Shown piece after piece: positions 63,851 through 64,000 of a stretch of 64,000 nt of DNA. The stretch is taken from the IMG/VR virus record IMGVR_UViG_3300032770_000012, positions 37,194 to 101,193 of that record, one strand, 5' to 3'. A model generated the notes under the pieces. That model was given only the letters and a program-made list of their open reading frames with translations, was not told the DNA's origin and ran no database searches. Positions within the stretch are counted from its first letter, which is position 1, and each line of letters opens with the position of its first letter. Made by a program: the position numbers and the translations under genes. The stretch comes from a virus.

Positions 63851-64000
63851 GCCTTCTAGTAAACGACAGGTTCTAGCGTTTGTCCAGACTGGACTGGAGT
63901 GTTATGACTTAGCGTAGTTAGGAAAGAGTCCCCGCATCGCAACACCAGCTTCTCTACGATACATAAAACCAATTACATCACGCTTCTGTTCGAAGGTGAA

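Noticed and set aside
1-64000. tRNA/rRNA genes; terminase, portal and capsid genes; many antisense ORFs in the track
   Set aside because: No cloverleaf with T-loop consensus or head-gene motifs were recognised by eye (the head module probably lies outside the window). Shadow ORFs opposite well-supported genes lack RBSs and motifs.

Overview
The whole window reads as a large part of one tailed-phage or prophage genome with podovirus-like tail and ejection gene order. The host is probably Acidobacteriota, inferred only from the PilZ and DnaB sequence style. Layout: (1) 1-8180, leftward small genes ending in a SAM methyltransferase, interrupted by a complete IS1595-family element with passenger genes (1943-4750, 25-bp IRs, 8-bp TSD). 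(2) 8499-20275, a serine resolvase, an early region of small genes separated by structured intergenic elements, a MoxR-type AAA+/DUF3150-like/metallopeptidase-VWA(intein) module, and a tandem array of paralogous small proteins sharing a C-terminal motif. (3) 20763-28822, recombination and helicase genes (RecT-like, KTSC, PilZ, Cas4-like exonuclease, intein-containing SF2 helicase). (4) 28821-30190, a stand-alone Cas7/RAMP-like gene and a divergent RHH gene, each followed by a non-coding array of phased GGY-NN pentamers. This is the best candidate for a novel RNA-guided system. (5) 30456-37700, leftward accessory genes: FkbM methyltransferase, glycosyltransferases, sulfotransferase, CysC, an Acb2/Tad1-like protein and a cysteine peptidase. 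(6) 37971-47741, replication genes (initiator with internal iterons, a C4-like antisense RNA candidate, DnaB, HNHs, RusA-like). (7) 47730-63850, leftward virion genes with an antisense DUF4338/Mom-like moron. Two dispersed DNA motifs recur genome-wide: the palindrome GTCCAGA(T)CTGGAC (at least 14 copies) and GATGCAAGWWAA at promoters (7 copies). No terminase, portal, capsid, integrase, tRNA or CRISPR array was seen. All calls come from reading motifs by eye; no database searches were run.
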